Below, piece by piece: positions 1 to 7,916 of a stretch of DNA of 64,000 bases; the first letter of the stretch is position 1, and each line of letters opens with the position of its first letter. Made by a program: the position numbers and the translations under genes. The stretch is from a virus (Duplodnaviria > Caudoviricetes). The notes beneath the pieces are model-generated. The model did no database searches. It was not told where the DNA came from and saw nothing but the letters and a program-made list of their open reading frames with translations. The stretch covers positions 1 to 64,000 of IMG/VR virus record IMGVR_UViG_3300024272_000051; one strand, written 5' to 3'.

Positions 1-130
1 AAAAAAAAAAAAACAACAGGACAAAACCGCAAGCATCAACCACGGAACAAACAACAAAAGACACTCGAACACGCCAGCAAGCCACCTGCGCCTAGAGCGC
101 GAAGGCCGGCGCCCCCCAGCTGGACGACAG
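1..130. other. Probable low-quality contig end
   Basis: Poly-A start and near-absence of T; composition unlike the rest of the window. Confidence 0.6.
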
Positions 131-612
131 ACTCAGTATGTAGATTACAGATACTCAAAAGAAGAAGGTAAACAGATGGTTTATATAACCGGAGATACAC
201 ACAAACCTATATAAAAACGTCATTTCAATTTGTCAAGAGGCGTAAATACGGCAAACGGTATGTTAAGGTTCTGAATATGCTGATGGGTATGTCTCGTGAG
301 CATAGTCTTGCCATATATAAAACTTAATGAAAAGGGTGGTGCAAATGGTTCAGAGGGCCCCTCCTCAATAACACGTTTTGGTGGCAAAAGTTTCCACCAA
401 CTTTTACAGAAATGTCGGATTAAAGGAGATAAGAAATGTCTGAAATTCTTAATAAGGTTATGCCCTTAATGGGAAGACTGTTCGAGATGGGTTTGGTTTT
501 TCCCCTGTTTTTAAATAGAAACAGTGCGTTAAGACGATGATTACCGTCTTAACAGGTAGTGTTGCAGTATTTCTATTGTACATATAAAACACTAATTTCA
601 TAAATGTTTTAT

Positions 613-687
613 GCTGAAATAGCTCAATTGGTAGAGTGACACATTCGTACTGTGTAGACATTGGTTCAAATCCAGTTTTCAGCTCCA
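613..687 (+). tRNA. tRNA-Thr(CGT)
   Basis: Acceptor GCTGAAA/TTTCAGC, anticodon arm ACACA-TTCGTAC-TGTGT, GGTTCAAATCC, encoded CCA. Confidence 0.9.
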
Positions 688-848
688 GACTTCCCAAATT
701 TATGTGTAAATCAAGCGTATCCATCAATTAAAGCTCTTTGTTTTCTCTATTGTCTGACAGTGCTTCTCTTTACTTCTTTTTCCATTGCAGTAACCTTTCT
801 TAAGATATAAAACCTGATTTGGATACACCGTGACAGCCGGTCTAATAC

Positions 849-925
849 GCGGATATAGCTCAATTGGTTAGAGTATCGGCCTTCCAAGCCGAGGGTTACG
901 GGTTCGAGTCCCGCTATCCGCTCCA
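849..925 (+). tRNA. tRNA-Gly(TCC)
   Basis: Cloverleaf, TCGGC-CTTCCAA-GCCGA, TCCA end. Confidence 0.95.
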
Positions 926-1061
926 TGCGTATGCTTCCACGCTCTTGAAATGATATATAGCCATTAAAGACATAGGCGTAGAGAAAGGGGCTTCTGTTGC
1001 AGGTGGTGCAACACGGCAACGGCGAAAAATTATAGTTGGCTGGCTTCGGCCGATTGATTAA

Positions 1062-1232
1062 ACGGATGCGACTGATTGCACCAGCGCAGAGCTGAAAAGT
1101 TCCGTGACACCCTCAGATCTTGACTGGTCGTCTTCTGGCGAGGCTGAATAAAGCGTGGATGTGGTGTGGTACTGGCAGTGATACGTCACTCGGCCAGTGT
1201 GTAACCGAAGAGAGATCATCAAGATCGAGGGC
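1062..1232 (+). ncRNA. Candidate structured ncRNA
   Basis: Non-coding GC-richer gap; CCCTC(A)GATCTTGA pairs with TCAAGATCGAGGG; nested ACTGGC..GCCAGT hairpin. Confidence 0.45.
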
Positions 1233-1319
1233 GTTGTAAAAAGCAAGTCTAATCGGATTTTATATAAGGGGAAACTGACCCAGATACTATAGGTATTTTG
1301 TTCAGATGAAATAAGGGAT

Positions 1320-1517
1320 ATGGAGGAATATAACGTGGAAAACAACACAACAAACAAATGTGAACACGATTATTTTCTTGCAAGCAAAAGCGATGAATTA
1401 TGTAGATCGCTTGATCACTATTGTGAATGGGAGTATTACAAAATCGGAACACTGATTTGTAGAAAGTGCGGAGAAACAAAGCAAATTACGTTGGATGTGT
1501 ACACACTGAGACGTTAA
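1320..1517 (+). CDS. Small hypothetical protein (CEH..CxxC, possible Zn ribbon)
   Basis: ORF with SD; CRKC motif. Confidence 0.5.
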   Translation: MEEYNVENNTTNKCEHDYFLASKSDELCRSLDHYCEWEYYKIGTLICRKCGETKQITLDVYTLRR

Positions 1518-1567
1518 GTGCTAGTGCTGTGTAGTGCGATAAATGGAAATTTTGTGAGGTGATAGCT

Positions 1568-1876
1568 ATGAAAATGTGGATTGATGATGTCCGCTCAAAG
1601 CCCGAAGGATATGATTATTGGTGTAAAAGTGTTAATGAAGCAAAATATAAAATTACCTCAATTGAAAAAGTTCGTATTTTCGGCAGTCTCACATTAATTG
1701 ATATTGATCACGATGCAGGCGATTATGCAAATGATGGTGGCGACTATGCTAAACTCCTTGATTGGTTCGAAGAGACTGGTCGTAACTATCCTATCAGAAT
1801 CCATTCTATGAATCCTGTAGGCGTGGAAAAGATGCGCAGGATTATTCAGAGAAATGGTTGGACAGAAATAAGATGA
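1568..1876 (+). CDS. Cyclic-phosphate-processing receiver (cREC-like) domain protein
   Basis: WIDDVR...IDIDHDAG...IHSMNPVG motifs; GAGGTG SD. Confidence 0.75.
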   Translation: MKMWIDDVRSKPEGYDYWCKSVNEAKYKITSIEKVRIFGSLTLIDIDHDAGDYANDGGDYAKLLDWFEETGRNYPIRIHSMNPVGVEKMRRIIQRNGWTEIR

Positions 1877-1904
1877 AATGACGATTTCATAGGAGGGAAA
1901 TATT

Positions 1905-2159
1905 ATGACTAACGAACAGAAGAGATGGGAAGCGTTGCCTAATATTGATAATGAAACCGTATTGACTTGGCTTGACCAACTTCTTGAAAGCAAAAACAAA
2001 ATGTTTGTCGAAGAACTTACTGTTGAAGAAATCAAGGCAGAAATCGAAGAAACAAAGGGTTCGATTGATAATTTCAGAGCATGGGGAGATAGACATGCAA
2101 TTATCGATTGCGAAGAATATATTGAGGTACTTCAGGAAATGTTGGAGAAATTGAAATGA
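1905..2159 (+). CDS. Hypothetical protein
   Basis: ORF with AGGAGG SD. Confidence 0.7.
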   Translation: MTNEQKRWEALPNIDNETVLTWLDQLLESKNKMFVEELTVEEIKAEIEETKGSIDNFRAWGDRHAIIDCEEYIEVLQEMLEKLK

Positions 2160-2233
2160 AGTAGTATATCATTAAAATTACTGATAGATGAGCTAAAAAA
2201 GCAATCTTGTTACAAATGTTAAGGAGAGTAACT

Positions 2234-2401
2234 ATGGGAATTATTTTGATAGTTTCTGGAGTATTTTGGGTTATTTCAGCACTTACGCTTAACACAAAGA
2301 ATGTTGGGTCGGCAATCTTTTTTAAGGTTATCCCGTTCTTCACCGGACTTGCAAACATCGTATGTGCAATGGATCTGTTTGGTTGGGTGAATATTTTTTA
2401 A
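2234..2401 (+). CDS. Small membrane protein
   Basis: AAGGAG SD, two hydrophobic segments. Confidence 0.6.
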   Translation: MGIILIVSGVFWVISALTLNTKNVGSAIFFKVIPFFTGLANIVCAMDLFGWVNIF

Positions 2402-2415
2402 TCTCGTATAGGTGA

Positions 2416-2682
2416 ATGTATATGACAGTGCGTGAGTTCATGGCAATGTGGGTTGATAATGATGTAAGCATGAAGATATATCAAAGACCTATTAAAAAGA
2501 TAGATAAATGCGATGGTCTTGTACATCGTCAAACAGGAAGCGTCGATGTGCTAATCAACAGCAATCAGAACTATCTGGATTTTGAAATCGAGTATTTAAT
2601 GGATGACGATGGTTTGATTATCGTTGTTTGTAAAGCAAACGAAGAACAAGAACAAAGAACGATAGAAGCCTATAAGAGTTGA
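2416..2682 (+). CDS. Hypothetical protein
   Basis: ORF in tiled + strand array. Confidence 0.6.
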   Translation: MYMTVREFMAMWVDNDVSMKIYQRPIKKIDKCDGLVHRQTGSVDVLINSNQNYLDFEIEYLMDDDGLIIVVCKANEEQEQRTIEAYKS

Positions 2683-2912
2683 CCGCAATAAAAGAGTGAT
2701 TTGGTGATGTATTATGACACGACTAGATAGAATCATCGAAGTATTTAGACAATACGATAAAATGGTTGATGAAATTATATGGTGTAAAGAACAAGATCGT
2801 GAATTAACAAAGTTGCGCGACAAAACAAACGTGCTTATTGATGAATTAAAAAAGCATGGATGCAGAAGAGAAAAATGACCACATAAAAGTGAATTTATAC
2901 GGTGACAAACAT

Positions 2913-3230
2913 ATGACAGACAGAGAAAAATTATTGAGGCTTCTTAATGAGTGTCGAATAGAATCAATTGAAGAAATCCTAAATTGTTTCTTGGTGCTAT
3001 ATGGCGACGATATCGATATTAGAGACATATATGGATTAGTGAAAATAGTAGGCAGTCACCTTGAGGATAAAGTAGACAAGTTGGGACGAGCACGATTTGT
3101 GGCCAATGAAAGGGCAGGATATATTAAGAAATATCTTGAAGGTAAGATGTGGCCTAACGAAGAACTGGCAAAACAATATTTACAGCCACAGATTGATAAT
3201 GCACAAGCCATTATTGACGCCTGCAATTGA
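2913..3230 (+). CDS. Hypothetical protein
   Basis: ORF in tiled array. Confidence 0.55.
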   Translation: MTDREKLLRLLNECRIESIEEILNCFLVLYGDDIDIRDIYGLVKIVGSHLEDKVDKLGRARFVANERAGYIKKYLEGKMWPNEELAKQYLQPQIDNAQAIIDACN

Positions 3231-3442
3231 GGTGGGTTGTATGATTGATTTATATACCGCATTGAAACTATGCAAAAATGAAACATATATTATGCTGTTC
3301 GGCGACGAATACACACATGAACAGATTGTCAAAAAATTTGACTTGCGGAAAATCAAAGTAAGAAAGATATATTTTGATAGATGGCATGGAGTGATGAGGT
3401 TTGAAACAGAGTAATAAGAACCGTCCGTTGGAGGTGAGATGT

Positions 3443-3712
3443 ATGTTTCATAATGTTGTAATCGGAGAACCAATGGTTAGAGCAAGTTGTTTACTTGCAA
3501 TCGATGAGGACGACTGGGAAAACAACGAAAAACAAAACACTCTTTTTACAAAGACGAGATTTCTTCCAGCAATTATGAAGGAAGCAGGTATCGTGCAGTC
3601 AACCGGCGAAGTCAAACGGAACAAGCCAGAATTCTGCGTAATGCTCAATAAGCCGGATTTCATCAGACTTAAATGGGGGAAGAAGTTTCTGTTCATTGTC
3701 GTTGGAGAATAG
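3443..3712 (+). CDS. Protein with S4-like RNA-binding motif resembling the TyrRS C-terminus
   Basis: LPAIMKEAGIVQSTGEVKRN...LKWGKK; GGAGGTG SD. Confidence 0.45.
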   Translation: MFHNVVIGEPMVRASCLLAIDEDDWENNEKQNTLFTKTRFLPAIMKEAGIVQSTGEVKRNKPEFCVMLNKPDFIRLKWGKKFLFIVVGE

Positions 3713-3741
3713 AGAAACCCTAAAGTGAGGAGAAGCAATCA

Positions 3742-4167
3742 ATGAGTTATTGGACACATATCGTTGGCGTGATGCACATCGATACATACGAAGAAGTTGA
3801 TGACATTAAGGCGTATGTTGAAGAAAAGCTTAAAGATGCGCCTAAGATTACAGGGTCTGAGAATGACGCTGCGGTTTTCGTCAATCCTGAACCGGATCAT
3901 AATATCTTTATTAGCATGGACTGCAATCGGTGCGAGTATAATGATACAATTCAGGTTCTTGATGATGGTTTTTGTTGCGGATCTCCGAATGGGTATATCT
4001 GCCCAAGTGGTCGTTACCAGTCAAGAGCTATTATCACAGTTTGTGGAGATCTCAGAGATAGAATGAGGGCGCAAACCAAGAGAGAGTGGAACGCATTTCA
4101 CAGATATGTTGCAAAGCAATTGGATTTTGGTATAAGAATTGCTACATGCAAGATTGATGGATGGTAA
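3742..4167 (+). CDS. Hypothetical phage protein
   Basis: ORF with GAGGAG SD. Confidence 0.7.
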   Translation: MSYWTHIVGVMHIDTYEEVDDIKAYVEEKLKDAPKITGSENDAAVFVNPEPDHNIFISMDCNRCEYNDTIQVLDDGFCCGSPNGYICPSGRYQSRAIITVCGDLRDRMRAQTKREWNAFHRYVAKQLDFGIRIATCKIDGW

Positions 4168-4179
4168 TCTGAAGTATAT

Positions 4180-4254
4180 TGGGGTGTAGCCAAGTGGTAA
4201 GGCAACGGACTTTGACTCCGTTATGCGTAGGTTCGAATCCTGCCACCCCAGCCA
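4180..4254 (+). tRNA. tRNA-Gln(TTG)
   Basis: ACGGA-CTTTGAC-TCCGT, GGTTCGAATCC, GCCA end. Confidence 0.95.
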
Positions 4255-4481
4255 AAAAAGGAGAAGTATGTTTTGGATTAGTGCAGATAAAGCAATCCCT
4301 GCCTTTAACAAGCAAATTGTAAAAGTGAAGGTTGCAGATGTAAGCAAGAACTATATTACTTACGCATACTACAATCATGGACTCCAAGAATGGTGGTCAC
4401 ATGATGGGCATTGTTTAAATGACAATGTGTATGCGTGGAAACATGTGAAAAGACATATAAATGCATGGTAAGGGAGATAAC

Positions 4482-5225
4482 ATGAAGAATATTTTGAATA
4501 GAGCTGCGTTGTTGTTTTGTTGTATCGCAGTATTGACGGCAGTGTGTGTTGCCGTCTTTTTTATGGAAGACACAAAGGCATCCGGTACTTTTGACGCTAT
4601 GACATACGAAAGTGAAATGTCAACTGAAGCCCCAATGGGATGTGCTCGTTTTACCGACGAAGAAATTGATTTTCTTCGCGAAATTATAAATCGTGAAGCG
4701 GGGGCACAAGATGAGTATGAAGTCGATGTTCCCCCAGTTCAAAATAATATTGAGGCAAATTGCACAGAGCTCGCGGTAAGCGATGACAACAGCTCTGGCT
4801 CAAAAGAATTTAACGACTGTGTCGATGAACAGCCTGCAGAGATTTTGTATTCGGCAGAAGATCTAAATATACTTGCTCTTGTTATTTATACAGAGGCCGG
4901 TGGAGATATTTATTTGGACGAGACCAGAATGATGGTTGGAAATGTATTTTTAAACCGAGTTGTAAGTAATGGATTTCCAAATACTTTCTATGAAGTTGCA
5001 ACAGCATATGGGCAATATAGCACCTTGTATTGGACTGGTATCGTGTGGCCGGAAAGGTCTACATATGAATGTGAAAAAGCAGCTGTTGAGAGAGCCTTTA
5101 ATTGCGCAAAAAGACTGCTTGATGGTGAACGCATCTTTGAGACAAACGACGTTGTATGGCAGGCTGAGTTTCCACAAGGAACAGAAACGGTTAAAATTCA
5201 AGATGGAATCTTCTTTTGTAGATAA
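4482..5225 (+). CDS. SleB/Hydrolase_2-like cell wall hydrolase with N-terminal membrane anchor
   Basis: LALVIYTEAGG, VGNVFLNRV, FPNT..EV...GQYS motifs; hydrophobic N-terminus. Confidence 0.75.
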   Translation: MKNILNRAALLFCCIAVLTAVCVAVFFMEDTKASGTFDAMTYESEMSTEAPMGCARFTDEEIDFLREIINREAGAQDEYEVDVPPVQNNIEANCTELAVSDDNSSGSKEFNDCVDEQPAEILYSAEDLNILALVIYTEAGGDIYLDETRMMVGNVFLNRVVSNGFPNTFYEVATAYGQYSTLYWTGIVWPERSTYECEKAAVERAFNCAKRLLDGERIFETNDVVWQAEFPQGTETVKIQDGIFFCR

Positions 5226-5229
5226 AAAT

Positions 5230-5305
5230 GCTGGCGTAACTCAGTTGGTAGAGTCCCGGTTTTGTACTCCGGTTGTCGCGGGTTCGACTCCTGTCGCCAG
5301 CTCCA
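5230..5305 (+). tRNA. tRNA-Thr(TGT)
   Basis: Cloverleaf; loop TTTGTAC; U31-U39 mismatch; CCA. Confidence 0.9.
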
Positions 5306-5443
5306 CCGTTATTATATAACGGCTCATTATCCTTTCTAACCTGCTCTGATAAGCGTTGTTGGGTGGTTCCCAACTGATGTGTGGGTGTGATCGGAACCAC
5401 ACAAAGAATGACAATGCCCATTTAGATGGGAACCGATCAATTC

Positions 5444-5520
5444 GTGACATTGGTGTTTAATGGTTAGCACATTGGCTTCCCAAGCCAAGAGTGCCGGTTC
5501 GAATCCGGTATGTCACTCCA
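5444..5520 (+). tRNA. tRNA-Gly(CCC)
   Basis: GTGACAT/ATGTCAC acceptor, TTGGC-TTCCCAA-GCCAA, TCCA. Confidence 0.9.
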
Positions 5521-5554
5521 CCACTGCCTGAATGCATCTTCTGGCAGTAAAAAC

Positions 5555-5674
5555 CTCCCTTAAAGGCACCGGGTTTATGACGAGATGCAACAACGTCATA
5601 ATCGAGAAACCGCAAGATAAGAACCGACTTATGCAGTACGCCCTGCACACAGAAATGTGGCGGAAGTGAGGGAG
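5555..5674 (+). ncRNA. Candidate multi-branched RNA between tRNAs
   Basis: CTCCCT/AGGGAG closing stem with internal TTATGACG/CGTCATAA, TGCAG/CTGCA and CACA-GAAA-TGTG hairpins. Confidence 0.4.
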
Positions 5675-5678
5675 ACAT

Positions 5679-5755
5679 CCGGGTTTAGCGAAGTTTGGTA
5701 TCGCGCTTGGTTTGGGACCAAGAGGCCGTGGGTTCGAATCCCGCAACCCGGACCA
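5679..5755 (+). tRNA. tRNA-Pro(TGG)
   Basis: CTTGG-TTTGGGA-CCAAG, T arm, ACCA. Confidence 0.95.
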
Positions 5756-5796
5756 AAATTCTTAACACTACGTATCAATAGAAAGGGGAACAAATA

Positions 5797-6240
5797 GTGA
5801 CAAGACAGGAATTTATTGATAATGTCAGATCTTTTTATGATCTAATTAGTTTTTGCAACGAAGAAGATCTTGATGTTTGTTGCGACATTCTTGACGAAGA
5901 GGATGCTAATCAAGAAATCATGGCGAGGCTTAGAGATTTTGACACATGGCTAGATGTTCGCAGATTTATTGACGAAATTCCAGATTGTGACTACTATCGA
6001 GAAGACGACTGGGGAGATTTTGAAGCGGCAGAAGATTATTTCGAGGACTACAAAGAAGAAGCCCTTCGAATTATGGATGAGGATGATCGTTGGGACGAAG
6101 ACGAAGAAGTTTACTTCATCGAAGAAGATGTGGAGCAAAAGCAAACAGTCACGACGGTCGGAGATTATTTTGACCCGGATGATGAAGAAGATGAAATATC
6201 CACAGATGCACTTTTTGAAGTGCTAAGCAAAGCGGGATAA
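5797..6240 (+). CDS. Extremely acidic protein (DNA-mimic candidate)
   Basis: About 54 of 147 residues are D/E by hand count; GTG start with SD. Confidence 0.75.
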   Translation: MTRQEFIDNVRSFYDLISFCNEEDLDVCCDILDEEDANQEIMARLRDFDTWLDVRRFIDEIPDCDYYREDDWGDFEAAEDYFEDYKEEALRIMDEDDRWDEDEEVYFIEEDVEQKQTVTTVGDYFDPDDEEDEISTDALFEVLSKAG

Positions 6241-6253
6241 AAAAATAAAAATT

Positions 6254-6449
6254 GTTTGCAACGGATTACCCTTATCTCAGAAGCAATACATAAAGGGTGC
6301 TTCGTATTGTAAATCGAAGTTTTGAGCATACGATATAATTTCAAGGCGAGTGAAGCGCCTAAGCGACCCAGGTCTCGAATCTACGATCTCAAAGAGATCG
6401 CAAATTCAAGACCTTAGTCGCCCAAGCACTCCACTTGCAGGTTGCAAAC
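6254..6449 (+). ncRNA. Structured RNA module 1
   Basis: GTTTGCAAC/GTTGCAAAC closing stem; CTTCG-TATTGTAAAT-CGAAG hairpin; long hairpin capped by CGATCTC-AAA-GAGATCG. Confidence 0.7.
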
Positions 6450-6452
6450 CAT

Positions 6453-6663
6453 ATAGGAATTTATAATGTATATAGGTCTGCTCATCTACAATATACATAA
6501 CGGCAGCCACTTCATATTGTAAATTGAAGTAAAGTTTTGAACGTTTTCACACAAGCTCTTCAGCTCCGATCCTAAAGGATCTTCGCGATCAGCTTGTGTG
6601 TTCCATCAGCATAATCTTCTCTTACATGAAAGGAAAGAGAAGATAATGGATTATAGATTCTAT
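6453..6663 (+). ncRNA. Structured RNA module 2 (paralog of module 1)
   Basis: ATAGGAATTTATAAT/ATTATAGATTCTAT closing stem; CTTCA-TATTGTAAAT-TGAAG hairpin; CACACAAGCT/AGCTTGTGTG hairpin with GATCCTAAAGGATC cap. Confidence 0.7.
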
Positions 6664-6690
6664 GTCATAATAACAACAGGAGGAATAAAA

Positions 6691-7332
6691 ATGTATTTAA
6701 AAGAAGCGTTTCGTTATCAGAATTTTCTGAACGGTATGATTGACAAGACTCTTGGTTATCTGTCTTTAAACCGCTTCACGACTATGACGGTACAGCATCA
6801 TTTACGCAGCAAAGTTAACCCGGAAGCAGAAGATGAAACCATTGACCTGTCCTCAGAACGTGAAATCGAGTATACCGCCGATCAGATGATTGCATTCTTG
6901 GAATACATCCTGTGCAGAAAGCAGGTACTGACAGAAGCCATCAGCAAAGCAAAGAAAGACTGTGAAATCGATATCGATGCAGAAATTGCGAACAATCGTG
7001 TACGTCAACGTGTTTCGGCTACTCTGTCCAGAATTGGGAACATAAGACCAAGCGAACGAATTTCACGTGGCTATGCATACAAATTTAACGCAGAGGGCAA
7101 TCAAGTCCAGTACACATATGACGTGAAAGAAGTTACAACCATTGACTTCAATCGCAATGCTGTCAAGCGCCTCAGTAAGAGTTTGATCGGTCTTGCTGAC
7201 GACACATCGACAGCCATCGACAAAGCAATGGTTGAGTTGATGGTGGAATACGAACCCGAATTCAGCGTCAACGATTCCTTTAACGATGTTATGGAACTGT
7301 TTTTGGCACACGCAGAGACAAACGACAAGTAA
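6691..7332 (+). CDS. Helical coiled-coil protein (MYLKEAFRYQN...), loosely DIP1984-like
   Basis: AGGAGG SD and ATG at 6691; MxLxEA N-terminus and amphipathic helices; family assignment tentative. Confidence 0.8.
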   Translation: MYLKEAFRYQNFLNGMIDKTLGYLSLNRFTTMTVQHHLRSKVNPEAEDETIDLSSEREIEYTADQMIAFLEYILCRKQVLTEAISKAKKDCEIDIDAEIANNRVRQRVSATLSRIGNIRPSERISRGYAYKFNAEGNQVQYTYDVKEVTTIDFNRNAVKRLSKSLIGLADDTSTAIDKAMVELMVEYEPEFSVNDSFNDVMELFLAHAETNDK

Positions 7333-7347
7333 AAAACGAGACAGCTT

Positions 7348-7819
7348 TTTAGTTGTCTCGTTCAGGACTAAAGTAGAGTTTTATTTGTGGTCGCTTCAGA
7401 CGCAGATGAAGTATGATGCTGCGAGGCCGAGTTGCCAGAAACTCATCTTTTTACAAATAGTAATGCATTGCCCAAGCATAATCAAATGGGCGCTCTTGCT
7501 TTTTCAAAAAAATAGTTATTCGACACACAAACTGTTTGCTACTCACAATGCCACAACTGCTTAATTTGTTAATTCGTTATGACCTAGGTATATCCTCGGT
7601 CTTGCCAATAAAAGCGCAGCACAAGCAACGTTTCATCAACCGTCTATTAATAGAAAAGAATTCTTGAAGATTTAGGATCTTCAATATCCTTTCTGCTCAA
7701 GGTATTTTTGAGTAGTAGCAATTGATAGTCTGATTTAGGTCGGACCAAACTATGTGGATTTCCACATTAAAATTGACTTCAAAGAAAATGAAGCTTTAGT
7801 TCTGAACAAGGCAACTAAA
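7348..7819 (+). ncRNA. ~470-nt structured ncRNA downstream of the coiled-coil gene
   Basis: 26-bp closing helix 7348-7373/7794-7819 (2 G-U, 1 mismatch); nested helices 7417-7423/7615-7621 and 7425-7431/7595-7601; several local hairpins. Confidence 0.75.
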
Positions 7820-7840
7820 TAACAATCGAATGTAGCAACA

Positions 7841-7890
7841 AGACCCAAACATCTCTTGAATTTTTTATCAGGCGAGTTTGGGTCTTTTTT
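7841..7890 (+). terminator. Intrinsic terminator
   Basis: AGACCCAAAC...GTTTGGGTCT followed by T-run. Confidence 0.75.
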
Positions 7891-7916
7891 ATTTCCGGAA
7901 ATGTCGTGGAGGTAAT

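Noticed and set aside
1-130. T-depleted, A/C-rich leader as a terminal repeat or special element
   Set aside because: Looks like a low-quality read tail at a contig end; no matching structure elsewhere in the window.
458-1019. Minus-strand ORFs 458-727 and 747-1019 (and similar ORFs over other tRNAs)
   Set aside because: Antisense shadows of tRNA genes (typical GFEP/GLEP peptides), with no SD.
5340-5440. Possible hammerhead ribozyme (CTGATAAG, CTGATGTG)
   Set aside because: No CUGANGA plus GAAA core with compatible stems.
6598-6690. N-terminal extension of the ORF given in the track
   Set aside because: Lies within RNA module 2; the strong AGGAGG SD points to ATG 6691.
7449-7455. TTTACAA complementary to the upstream TTGTAAA loops
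   Set aside because: A 7-nt AT-rich match is plausible by chance; needs covariation evidence.
7286-7564. 92-aa ORF across the downstream RNA
   Set aside because: Overlaps the real gene out of frame, has no SD, and the region is better explained by RNA helices.
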